Shown here: positions 35,801-48,749 of the stretch, one piece after another
How the letters are laid out: each line of letters opens with the position of its first letter
Position numbering within the stretch: the stretch's first letter is position 1
DNA from: Tubiluchus corallicola
Taxonomy: Eukaryota; Animalia; Priapulida
Assembly: GCA_030141605.1 (NCBI GenBank)
Contig: JAQGDQ010000150.1
Location: forward strand, 294,627 to 358,626
Length of the DNA: 64,000 bases
Reading direction: 5' to 3'
Translations under genes and position numbers: made by a program
The notes under the pieces: generated by a model
What the model was told of the DNA's origin: nothing
Database searches by the model: none
The model's input: the letters and a program-made list of their open reading frames with translations, nothing else

Positions 35801-38800
35801 ACAATAAAATAAGTCATTATTATATAATTATTGTATCAGCTTACTTTTTACTTCTAGTATCAACGACAGCAAAAGTTCCATCATCGTGAGCTACAGCGAT
35901 GGAGTTTGGGGAAATAAAATCTATTGCCCTGCAACACAATTGGTCTTCAACCTCTGTCACATATACCTAAATTTCAGCACCACATCAGAATCAAAACTAA
36001 GCACAATAATGACATATCTTTTAATTTGATAAGAAAATGGTTTTTATAGGTAAAATATTTATTTGCCTATACTGGATATACTTAGCAAAGCAGGTTGAGC
36101 ACAAGTTAAGCTCTCTCTAAAATAATCTAACCTAATTTACCTGTTATGCTGACAGAAATAATGCAGTCAATTGTGATTTATAAACTTAGCAATTAGCAAC
36201 ACATTTAAAGAGCAAACACAATGATCCAAATAGACACGTTTTCAAAATCTAGGCACCGATATAGTGTCTAATACCCTACTTGAATTAATTAAAAAGTTAC
36301 CTCATTAAAAACTCCTTTGCTCAGATCAAGGCAACGCACAGTGCCATCATAACTGACACTATACAAAAGATTCTGTGAATGTTGATCAAAAGTTAAACCA
36401 TTAACTGGACGAGAATGAGGCTGATAAAGATGAACTTCATCCTCATCCGTTTTTGAACCCTGCAAATATAATATACAACTTTTATATTTTTTACAACATA
36501 AGCTATCTTACTATGGAAATAGATTTGTGGTTAGAGAAATGAACGTTTATTAGAAAAGTAAATATCAGCACCCACATGTAGCTAGAGACAACATCTAAAG
36601 ATTTCTGAGACTCATGTTTAAAGCAGTTTAGCATCTAAAATATTCTTTCTCTACGAGTGGGAGCTGGTATTTATTTATCTTATTACATATTGCTACAAAA
36701 GCAAATTTTACTATTCTCTATGCTGAATGAAATTGTTTATGTTAAGGAATTCTGTGACCTGTCAATCATTAAGAAATATACACACAAAAAAATATAAATC
36801 AGATATCAATACACACATTTACATAAATAAACTGATTTTGACCTACACAAATACAGCAAGTGCTCTCTTAAAGATACTAATACTCCGAAAAAAGGTGCCA
36901 AATGTTTAGAGTCGTTAAATCGAAAAGTCGCTAAATGCGGAGTCGTTAAGCGAGGACTTACTGCATCTTACATGGGATTCAAGGTGCTAAGAAGCACGAA
37001 ACTTTAAAATTTTGTTAAACAAATAGAATTAAAACAGGACAAGTATTTGACAAGTGAATCCTGACTAATGTATAGATTCAGTAACAATTCATTAATAATG
37101 ACATTTCTAGTGTATACAACTTACCACATTCCACAGTCCAACTCCGCCCCACTTTCCACCTGCACAAATTAAAGTTTTGGACTCTGATGGGTGTATAGCC
37201 ACAGAAAAAATACGAAAAGGAACTACTTTCGTTACATTTTTCTCAGCTAGCTTCATATTGTCAAAAGAAGCCACAACTCTGCAGGAAAACAGAAGGCATT
37301 AAAAGATTTTGTTGCATGAATCAGCTTTAAGATGTAGCAGTCATATAAAAAAAGTTTGGCGATGAAAATTTCCACAGAAATGGAAATGATAAAAAATTGC
37401 AATTCTTTGTACACAATGACAACCCTGTGCTAATATTACATACATAAAATGGAAGCACAAACAAAACAGTTTTGTATTTTTGTTGTTACTTAAATGATAA
37501 CATAAGAGAAAAGCTAGCACAAAAATTGACAAGATAAATTAGTTGATTAAAATGTCCTTACTTTAGTCATCAATATTAAATAGTACCGTTACTTAAAGTT
37601 CTTAATATAAAACACCAGGTTGAGCCTGGTTAGTTTGGAAGGCGGTCAAAATTCCAAGAGCAGGAGTCGAAGTCGTTAAGCTTCTAGGATCGATTTAACA
37701 ACCCTGTTTGCAACACTGCTCTTTCAACAGTCAAATGAAGTGAAATAGTTGACATATATATCTAGGCTGGTGACTTAAGCACAGGATGTATTCAAACAGT
37801 GACTTAAAGTAGTAGGTGAAGCAAGTGATTTCCTTACAAAGTCTCAAAACAAAGAGTAAAATCACAGCACTTAAAGTAAGGAGAAAAATTTGCCTCATTA
37901 ATTCGAAACATACATCTTTAAGTAAAGAAATGGTGGAATACATAAGTCTACCATCATTAAAATGAATCTCCACTAAATGGGGTGTTATTAAACTAGAAAA
38001 AGTGCGAAAAAATGCGAAAAACCTCACAAAAAACTGAAACCTTTAAAAATTAATAGAAACCACATTGTCTTTTCCAGGCTTTCTATATTTTCAAATTTGA
38101 ATTTGGCATTGTTCTACAATATATATATATACTGACTTCAGCACATTACATGCACAGCAGAAGTTGCCAGATAATGCTGTACAGAACACAATAATATAAA
38201 TTAAAGTTGATAGTTAGTAGGCTCTCTCAATTCATAAAGTTTAGCCTGGGCAATTTAGGATGTTTAAAATCGAATGTTAGTGCTTAACTAAGTATTTTAA
38301 ATTGGTAATGCACAAGTCGTTTTGCATGTATTTTCGCACATATCTATAGAAATAGACATAACTGAAATATCCTTTTCAGTAGGTAAGAGTCAAATTAGCT
38401 TTACCACTGTGCAAGATTCTCGTTGAAAGTTTTACAGTGCACAAGATTTTAATTATCTTACTGAACTTGGCTCACATGACTGGAAAACAATTTTATTGCA
38501 AATGTAAGTAAAGACAAGTTTGTGTGGCGGTAGACTTTTTTCATTGAAGACCAGCATTTTGCTTGTCAGGCAACAATATTTAATCTTTCACATAAAACCT
38601 TAATATCACCCAAATATCCTTAATCAAAAGCACTAAGTAACAGTGATACATGTTCTGGAATAAGTGACGAGCATTACACAGCATGCACTCATTTTTCGTG
38701 TTTTTCTCTTATGTTTATAATTATTATAAACGGTAGCAGCTGCCACCCAGCAAGAATTTGTGAGGGAAAAGCCTGGGTGACTGTGATCTGTGTATTGTCA

Positions 38801-41800
38801 TACTACATGATGGAATGAGCACGATTTTGGTAAGAATATGGACCGGGCGTAACTTTTCTATGAACCCTGCCTTTTAGTCAGGTTTGATTTCAAAAGTTTA
38901 CAGGCTGTGTTCATTTGTTAATTCACTGATAACTTTAGATACAATTTTAGTTAAGATTAGATGTTAGAATGTGACCACAAGCAGTATGAGATTTTGGAAT
39001 CCTAAAGCAGTCCTAAAGTCATACCTGTCAAATGTGATATTTTTGCATTCAGTAGTCTCAACAGGAATTCTGGATAGTGTGTGAATGAACTTTTCAGCAT
39101 CTTCAGCACTTTTCTGATTTTTTTCAATTGACTGAAGCATTAATGGACCAGGCTTTGGTCTCGGCTAAAAAACAAGATAACTGAAGCACCTTATGAAAAA
39201 TTTCAGTCAAGATTAAAGCTAAAGTACGTCTTTATAACTCCAATTGTAATGTGAAAAATGGTACATAAAACAATTATATTGTAAGATATGAAGAAAATTA
39301 GATGCTTATTGCATGTACAGGTAAGTGATAGACACTACGAGCATTACAAAATTACATAGCACCGCTGTTTAGAACATAGATACTGAAAAGTTTGCAACTG
39401 GTGTGCACATTTTTCATAGAAATAAGAGTAGTGATTTACATGTTCATCTAGTGGCTGTTGATACGTGACCGACTTTGGTTTTTCAGGAAGTTCCACGCCT
39501 TGTGGATCTTTTCCAGCAATGCGGAGACTAAGTCTTCGGGGCAATGGCAAAGGAGAACCAGATTTACTGTAAGTGAATAAATATAATTTCACGTAATTCT
39601 GAGAAGTAAATTCAAGACAGCACAACTCGCCTAATAAGTTCAAGGATAATAAATCCAGCCCCTTACTGTGGCCACTGTGGCTGAAATGGAACCGTTGAAT
39701 GCTTTAACCTAGTAAAATCTGCCATTTACTAAATCTAATCTTCGCTTTATAAATCCACCTCGAGTACTGTGAAGACAAAAACATTATGCTGTATGACCAT
39801 ATGACTGTCGCCCATGTTTTAACTTGTGCAAGATCAGTGCCTTTGCTTTGAGAAAGTTTTTCACGTTTGCATTTTTTCACTTAATTCCGTTTTTAGCATT
39901 CTAATTTACATTACAATGCAAAAGCATCAGTCAAGCACAAAATTAGATCTCACTTTGAATTAGAGATCTAATCAGGTTAAGCTAAAATACAAAATCATCG
40001 CTGACATTAAAGTTACATGCATTGCATTGTTTTAACTTGGCAAACAGCTTATCATATATAAAGAGTAATGGCATTACAGATAAATGATACATACTTTAAA
40101 TGAGTTACTTAGTCATACAAATGTTAATAAATTATTGCACTTTACGTAATGTCGCAAGCAGTTTTCCTAGTTTTAAGAGTACTGACTTTACAAAACAAAC
40201 AACACATCCATTAATAACATAGAAAATGCTATATATTAATAAGTTTCTCGAGTTTTATAAATCCAGCTGCTTAATAAATCCATTTAGATTTGCACCATGG
40301 TAGATTTATTAAGCAAAATATACTAAATTACAGTTTTACTGCAGCTACATTTACAAATACAGTAGGCACCGCTTAATAGACTCACTTCGGGACCGAAGTG
40401 TTTTGATCCAATTAACCGACTGAACCTATTAATGGATGGGTATAGTATTACTGGTATAGAGGTATGAGACACCAGCTTACTATGCACTGCAAAGGTTCTT
40501 AATGAATTTTAGAAACGAAGTAAAGCCTAAATTCCTTTGTACAGGAAAATTAGAAAAAATATTTCAAAATATTAATTTACATAAGTAAATTAGCAATAAA
40601 TTAAAAAGTATACCTTTTTAAATCACATAAGTCTATTTATTTGCAAAGATTACAAAAATTCCTTCAAAGTCGGCTGCTTCATTTTATCACGAAGAAGTTG
40701 GCTCACACAGTTCTCAAAATGATAAAAACGTTGAAAATCTGTTGTTGCATGATGCACAAATTCTTGTAAAATACTTAGTGCCTTAAGCTGTTGGTGGTGC
40801 CCATGTTTCCCTGCAAGTGGCTTCGTCTGTAGTTTCACCTAAGCTCCAGCTTGCTATAATTGTGATGTGCTTACTGTACTGTACCTGCACCCTGGCATAA
40901 CAGCAACACCTAACTGATTAAACTTTCTGGCAAAGACAGCCAGAGCCTCAAAAGCAAACCCCTAAACAAGTGATTAAAGTTTTAGCTTCCAGGAATTCTT
41001 GGGTAACGAGGTTAATTGCACTGGACCAGCTGGTCAAAGCAAACCATTGGGCTAGCATAATTAGGATATGCTAACGTTCCTGCTTACAAACAAAACGGTA
41101 CTTAACACGATTGTTTCTATGTATATTATAGGACAAAAACCAACAAAGATGATATAAAAGGCATAAAAGCTTATTAGTCACTCGAAAGTGTCTTATGTGA
41201 AGGAAAAACATTGAGTCAAATATGCGGTTATTGGAGTCATTTACCCATAGTTTTTAATGTACATTTGAATGAAACGGCCCATACCAGGCATTCTTGAGTC
41301 AATCAAGCAATTGAGTCTATTAAGTAGCGCCTACTGTAGTTATTATTTATATATTTGCATAATACTCAGAATGGTCTTACAACATGAATGCTACAAAACA
41401 GACAACATTAATTTATATAAATGTGTTTGCTTTACTTTCGATTTTACATAATTTAAAATAACACCATTTTGCGTTAACTTTTGTAAACAGTAAGCAGACG
41501 CTCTAACTACGACAAAAGAACAAGTCCTTGATCTGTCTGATCCTAATAATATTTTCCAGTTCTGTTCTTATATTTGAATCCGTAAAACTACATTCAAACA
41601 ATAGATGAGCGGATGTCTGGCTTCTTGTACTGTAGCTGCCAATTTCACATTGACACAAACCAACTCTTATAAAATAACTTGCAGTTTCCATCCAGCAACA
41701 AACTAAGAGTTCTTGCCTCAACTTATGTTCCATATTTGCCAAAAAGCAAATGAATAGGAGAGAGACAGAGCTGCTCTTTAACAGGCCGAATACCTGTTAG

Positions 41801-41907
41801 ATGGTTCGAATATGTAATTTTTCTTTTCCAAAGATGAATTAGTTCTGATATATTTCATTTTTACTGTATTTTAGAGCATTTATAGAGATAAAATTGTTCC
41901 ATAATGC

Positions 41908-41953
<46 letters not shown>

Positions 41954-42847
41954 AGAGTGGGAGGAGGGTGAAAAGAAAAAAACATGTGGTACAATCAACA
42001 AACCTTTTATGAGGTTTCAGTCTCCTCTGTTCACTTTGTGATTTTTTCTTATGATTTACTAATGCATCCAAGTTAGCCTTTAACTGTAAAGAGTAGATGA
42101 AAATTGTTTCACACCAAATCTCATTAATGATAGTAGCATGTTGCATAATCACAATGTTGACTCTTTCAGACTTAGGTGGCTAGTTTTGTCATAGAGAGCA
42201 GTAAGCAACCACCTTAGAAAATTCCGCTTCAATTGCTCATTGGGTCGTAGCAAACAATACTGCCTTTATAGTACGAAGTGAAGCGTTAACCAGAATTTCT
42301 TTGATAAATGGCGATTTTTAATTTTTTATAGTTAACTTCTAGGTCTACAGCTACCTGCGCTGTACATTCACAAACAAAGATTTCTAAATACAGGAAAATA
42401 CACTCCAAGTGTACTATCACTCTCAGATGATATAGGTAATGACTTAATTTTTGAGTACACTTAAAAAAATTTCAAATTGAAAATTAAAAGGTTGGCTACA
42501 CTATAAGCAGCTAACTTTAAATCTAAATGTAAACTAAGTCCACATAGTGATTGAATGGTCAACAAAGGCAACTCTAATTTACAGGTAAGGTGACAGTATA
42601 AAGCATTATAATTTTCTGAACTTACATCAGTCACTCCAAGATCTTTGAGAAAATTCATTTTTTCGTTTATGTTGTCTTGAATTTGTCTTTCATAGTTGCT
42701 CAGTTCAATCTTAGCAATGTTTTTCTTATTAAATTTTTTGTTGTACTTGAATCTTTTATTCGGATTCTCCGTTTCCAAATTTCCATCTGAGCTACGTATA
42801 TCTAATGATGTACTTTCTAGTTTGCGTTTCGATGGCCTTTCCCTCAT
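29889..42847 (-). CDS. WDR76: WD repeat-containing protein 76 (CMR1 homolog), ~518 aa; exons 42847-42626, 42083-42004, 39566-39440, 39164-39025, 37278-37125, 36459-36301, 35966-35845, 34868-34767, 32896-32750, 31973-31923, 31765-31663, 30038-29889
   Basis: GT-AG exons join in phase (1557 nt); motifs LSNYERQIQDNI, RRLSLRI, RIFSVAIHPSESKTLICAGGKVGGVGLW, HNNYTGRWLTAFRAVWHP, SVCSINAFHPTKNILVGGNSSGRVHVFM*. Confidence 0.93.
40360..41336 (-). mobile_element. pogo/Tigger-like non-autonomous element
   Basis: TIRs CAGTAGGCACCGCTTAATAGACTC / GAGTCTATTAAGTAGCGCCTACTG, TA flanks; minus-strand relic ending KMKQPTLKEFL like Tigger transposase C-termini. Confidence 0.75.
41909..41957. repeat. (AG)n microsatellite
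   Basis: Direct reading. Confidence 0.9.
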
Positions 42848-43374
42848 ATCTGATTTTCTGGAATCCTAACAATTAAAAAAAACATCTAAAAACAAGATCA
42901 TTTGCATTCAATGGCTTTTGTTTGTTATATGTGACGATCACATATATGAAGGTCACAAGGTCTTATACCATGTCTGAACACATGCCTTAGGTGTCTGCCC
43001 TGCAAGTTTCATGATTCTAGCTCTTGTACTTCTGGAGTTATTGACACTTTTGCCTATGTCCTGGCCAATTCCTACTTTTTGAAAAATGCTTAATGCACGT
43101 CTACAATCGTCCTGCTACTTTTCTCTATGAGTTAAAAGCAAGTTTGATATTGAGCTGCTTGAAACTACTTCACTTTGTTTGAAAAATAGTGTCTGTACAG
43201 GATGTTTATCATTCAAATGTTTTAATGACGAGAAACTACTGACCACAGCATTTCAAGAGACTAATATTTTCTTTTACTAAACTGCTTTGTTCACTTTTCA
43301 CTAGTCCCTTTAACAAGGTCAAAATACTTCCACATATTGCTTTTCTTTGCTGAAGCCATTCTATGTATTTGTTA

Positions 43375-44720
43375 GCTAGCAGAGCACTAGATACTTGGAC
43401 AACAGCCATTGATAATGGCAAACCTATTGATATCATATATTTTGATTTTGCTAAAGCTTCGACTCTCAGTCCCACACGAACGATTGTTAGTGAAGTTAAC
43501 CAGCTACAGAAGTGAGGAAGCACTACTAGAGATGGACTAGTCAATTTCTATATGATCGACGTCAATGCACAATCGTGAACAGATGTAAATCAAGTTGGGC
43601 ATCAGTTACATCAGGGATTCTGCAAGGTAGTGTACTCGGCAGTTTCGTTCATAATCTACATAAATGACATGCCTGAAGTCGCAAAATCGAAGCTACTAAT
43701 GTTTGCAGATGATTCTAAGATATTTTCACCAGTTGAGCAAGATAATGAATTTTTGAAATTAAATTTAGATTTATTCATTTTTTTCTGCTACACTCATAAC
43801 ACTGTAATGCATTGTTAATTTGTAATTGTATAATTTGTAATTTGTTGTATTGTGTTACTTAATTAAGAATATAAACACAAAAAATATGTTAAATTGAACG
43901 AAGCAAACGGATGCAAGAAGACGATGATGATGATGATGACAACGATGGTGATATTAATGCTGATGGCAATGGTAGCAGTGATGACAATGATAGACTTGAT
44001 TGCAAAAAGACTTGGACTACTAACAAAATGGTCAGAAATATGGCAGTCGAGTTTCAATGTCAAGAAATGCAAAGTGATGCACATAGGATATAATAACAAC
44101 AGACACACTGACTACCATATGGGAAGTGATGACTTGAGGAGTGAGCTAGCTGTGACGGAACTTGAGAAGGATCTTGGAGAAAATGTAGACCAAGCAATAA
44201 AATTTTCTCGACACACAGAAATCCAAGGATCCTTGGTCTAATCAGGAGACCTTTTGAGTTCCTGGACAAGGAATCACTTACGTATCTTTTTACAGCACTA
44301 TTCATGCCCAATCTCAAGTATCTGGGATTCTGGGATCAAAGCTTGGGTGCCTAAGTATGTGAAGGATCGAAATCTTATTGAGGGAGTTTTACACCGAGCA
44401 ACAAAAATGGTTACCGAGGTAGCGAAGATGACTTACGAAGAAAGGCTAAAACATTTTGGTATATTTAGCATGAGCATTAGGTATATCATCAGCTATGAGG
44501 TGAGACATATAAATACACCCATGGCATGTACAACGTAAATTCTGATATGTTATGTACAAACTACGGACCGACTACAAGAGGACATCCATACAAGCGTAAA
44601 AAAGATACAGCTGCCCCACAACAAGACAAAACATGAGAGTGGTAAACAGGTAGAATAATTTCCCCAAGATATGTAGTGCGTGCAAACTTGGTAGATATAT
44701 TTAAAAAGCACCTCTGACAC
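43375..44720 (+). mobile_element. Degenerate CR1 LINE RT fragment
   Basis: LDTWTTAIDNGKPIDIIYFDFAKA, INDMPEVAKSKLLMFADDSKIF, KWSEIWQSSFNVKKCKVMHIG; interrupted by a (GAT)-rich insert at ~43770-43990. Confidence 0.8.
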
Positions 44721-46601
44721 ATGGCAGAATTATTGCTACAGTGCCAAAGCAGTGCTCCAAGATTTTAGTTTATTTGTATAGAATTAAAAGGATGGTCAAC
44801 AGTAGTATTGTCTAACAGGTGACTGTATGGATATGGTATGGTACGGTGTATTTTGCTTTTTACCATTTTTCCAAGTTGACTTTTTGGTCCTTGTATTTGT
44901 TCTACATCATAGTCAATATTGTACTTGATCATTATTTTCTAAATTTCGTCATACCAACGTTTTTCATAATCTCATTCCTTCTGCACCATTAACACTTTTA
45001 TTCTTCCATCATCAGCATTGACTAAACTACGTAAAGACGTTAGTTTTCTGTATTCAATTCTGTTTATCAATGGCCAGCTGTTTCTCCCATCATACCTCAC
45101 TAAGTTGTAGCTTTCTTTTGCTCCAATATTCACTTTAGTGCTTCATTCTGTATTTTTTCTATCAATCTTCATTCTCCTTTTGTGATATTTGTCCAGGTTT
45201 CTCTATTATTAATTATTGCAGGGATTACTGTTGACTCATACAATACATTTATAATCTAGCTTGTATCCCAGCTTTTCATCCTTTTCTATAACTATATTGA
45301 AATATGTGTAAACTCATAAATTCCATTTTGTTCTTCCGCTTTTCTATCATTATATTATACTTCCCTGTACCAGTTAACTGCTATGAGTGACTATTCTGAA
45401 TTACTATTGTGAGATTCGAAGAAGATTGAAGAATACTGCTTATTTTGATTCAACGCCTGCTTTCAGAGTGTAGAACTAAATTCCCGCGGTTACCATATAT
45501 GATACATCGACAGAAGGGCATCCAGACTCAACGAACCGATGTTATTAGCGTTTGAGGTGTTGTGTCAAAGAACACGCACTACAGAGAGTATAGAAACATC
45601 CTGCGCGCTAGTTCGCGCTGTTACTGTCGCCCTAGCGGCTGAGCATTACGAACTGTTGTATCAGGTACGCTATAGTGCGAGCTGTTCGCGCAACGGTTTG
45701 TACTGTAGCAGATGAATTGATCAGACCACTAAAGCCAGGCCAGTCGACAGACGCTCATAACTTGCTCAGCAGTGAGTTGCAAAAACACAAATAAAAACAT
45801 TTTTTTTAAATTTCCCGAGGATGCAACCAGGTAATTATAATACAGTTCGGTAATTTTTGTTTCAAGTTAAATATTTGTACACTAAGCAAAGACTGCAAAG
45901 CCTACATCTGTCTCTGGCGATTCATAGCAGCTGTTATATTTTTGAATATTCTTTAAAGCAAGCAAAGTTCAAAATGCACTAAGAATAATTAGTAGTTAAA
46001 ACAAAAACTATCATATTCATATCTCACGAAAATTAATAGGCTTATTTACAAAAAAATTAAGAAAGTTGATCATAATGAAAGGAGAAATATTTTTTTCTAA
46101 AAAACATTCCTATTTAATATGTTTTTATTAGAAAACATAGCTTGAAGAAATATTAGGCTTGACTTTCATGTGTAATACCTTTCCTAGAAAAAAATCGATT
46201 TTTTTCAGAATAGCAAATAATTTTTCCTGAACAAAACTTAATCTAAGCATCTGCATGTTTTGTTAATTCCAGTTAAAAGATGTTTGGAAAACATATAATC
46301 ATACATTGGCCTTTGTTATGAGTTGGAGTTGGTTATAAAATCACGTTGAGATGCATTTGCAACATTACTCCTCTTTTTTATTGTCAGTGAACAAAAAATA
46401 ACAAAATGAAGTTCAGAGCCATCTTCCTAAACAGCCGACATTACTCACACCTCTATAACAACCAACTAACTAGGGCAAAATCAAGTTACAGAATTCAGGT
46501 GAGAGGCCAATTTGGCGCATAAATTTGAATCTGCAGACGGGTCATAACACCTTATATATCATGTGTAGAAGTCACTTATTGTAACTGCTGTCCATGCATC
46601 A

Positions 46602-46988
46602 TTGCCTAACTTTGCTAATATCACATTGCAAGGTGCTTCCACAGGTTATCCACAGTATCATAATAACTTTGTCGAAGCATATGACAGAGTCCTGAAGGAA
46701 TACATTCAAATTGTAAAGGAGGAGCGGCATGTTAGTCTGACCGAGCTTCCAATAATGGTTATACCCTTAAGTAAGCATGATTCAGTCAAATATAGAAGAG
46801 CAATGTGGCAGAGAAAGCTAAACATGTTTACAGTTGCAAATAGTAGACATGATCTCGTCGGTATTATGTCTGATATTAAGCCACTTGTGTTACCTGTTTC
46901 GCCAGGAAACCGAGAACTAGAATCTCGAGCATTAAGTTTTATTCGCAGGCAAGGTTCTTTAACTCGTTTCTTTGCCATCTTGGTATGA
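46602..46988 (+). pseudogene. Unassigned coding-like segment with disrupted flanking frames
   Basis: 128-codon ORF with protein-like composition, downstream of donor 45830 and acceptor 46272, divergent from WDR76; no family recognised. Confidence 0.3.
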
Positions 46989-47340
46989 TCGCGGATGGAT
47001 CGTGCCTTTGCGGTTACATCCAAACTCCGGAGCATCTTTTATTTTGCTGTCCACATGTAGATCAGCATCTCAGAAGATCATTTATGGATAAGGCAAATAG
47101 GGCTCCATTTCCCAGCAGTAATCATTAACCAAGGTTATAGCGACAATTTTATGTTAAAATCGTTGGTAGAATTATGCAGTGATGTATTTATCAAAAATCA
47201 AACTGCCCCTTTGGTTACATAACATCGCTATTGACTAAAATTTTCAAAGTTGAACTTATTTTACTAGGTATTGTGATCATTATTATCTACTAATGTGCTA
47301 CATGTGATTTTAATATGTTTTAAGTGCAGGTCATTGTGAC

Positions 47341-47688
47341 CTGTAGCGGATAGCCCTATAGGCCCGGGATCAAAAGGGGCCCGGCAAAATAAAACGAAAA
47401 AATTTTTTTTTGTAAAAAAAAATAAATTGACAAAAGAGCAAATGGCCCGCCAAAACAAAATATAGAAAAGTTTTTTTTTTCAAAAGTCTGTCACTATATT
47501 TCAAATCGGGTTTACACAGTTTAAGTTCAAAATTTCAGTTTCCGAATTTTTCTGGGGGCAAAGTCAGTTATAATTACTTACAAACGACGAGAGCCCCACA
47601 AAAACACGTCAGCTCAGCAGTGCAGCAACATTTAAAAGGCCCGTTCCAAGCTCAAGCCTAAGGCCCATAAAATCATAATCCGCCGCTG
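47341..47688. mobile_element. hAT MITE
   Basis: 8-bp TSD ATTGTGAC (47333-47340, 47689-47696); imperfect TIR CTGTAGCGGAT / ATCCGCCGCTG. Confidence 0.75.
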
Positions 47689-48749
47689 ATTGTGACTCAA
47701 CAAATGCTCTTGAGTATATTCAGATACTTGTATAATTATTAATAAATGTCATCCGAAATGATTTTGTTTTGTTAAATTTATCTATAAATTTGTGCATGTA
47801 GATTCTGTTATCAGTATTTCTCATTTCGGAAAATGTTTTAGGAATGTGAACTTTTTTACAAAGTAGTTCTTATCTCCCATTTTAAATATTTTAAAGCTTC
47901 GAGTTATTCTATCTGATATTTTTATGTCATATTAATTTGTAATTTTGTGTTACGTAGTATTTGTCATAACGTCTTCCCCCTGCAAATAGAGGGGTTCGTA
48001 TGTATATTTATAAATAAAGATTTTAAATAAATAAAAATAAATCTGTCTCTCTCTGTCTTTTGCTCTTTCTCTCTCCCTCCTTCTCATTCTCTCTACGAGA
48101 GGGAGGGAGAGAAAAATCAATAAAAAGGCATTATTTTTTTGCATAGTAGGCAGCCCATCACGCAGTCAGCTAGCCTCTTCCTACTTACAAGAAAACTGAA
48201 GAAGTATTTGAAAGTATATGGTACAAACTTATTGCTACAACTGTTTTTCGTTTTCATGAAATGTTGTTGGTTTTTTTAAACTAACAATTGCTTTTGAAAT
48301 ATTCTTCTTTTATTAAAACCGCAAAATGATTTTGGTTTATCAGAATTGCGTGTATGCCAACACTGTTGGTGCACTTAAGAATATTATTATTACGGCCAAT
48401 GCGCGGCTCAAGTTTTTAATCATCCGCTGTTTGATGCCACCAGCATAGCCACTAATCGCAAAAACGAAATACGTAATAATAATAATAGAATTCCGTCACT
48501 TCCTTTTCCTACATTTTGCTTGTGTTAACAATTTGATTCAGTCTTATTTGCTTCGAGTACCAGAGAAGTTGGTAAGAAAATCCTGCGAGCACATCAATGA
48601 TGTGACACAGTACCGTAAAACGGCATGAATATGGACAATTTTTACACTTAAATTGCCATAACTTTTTTTTTGCAATTTTTTTTTCTAAATTGGTGTGCTT
48701 GCAAACGAAAACCGTCCATAAGTCGGCATAGTCGTTATGATGCTTCAAT

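Noticed and set aside
39825-39900. Extra WDR76 exon candidate
   Set aside because: Stops in the needed frame; exons 42083-42004 and 39566-39440 already join in phase.
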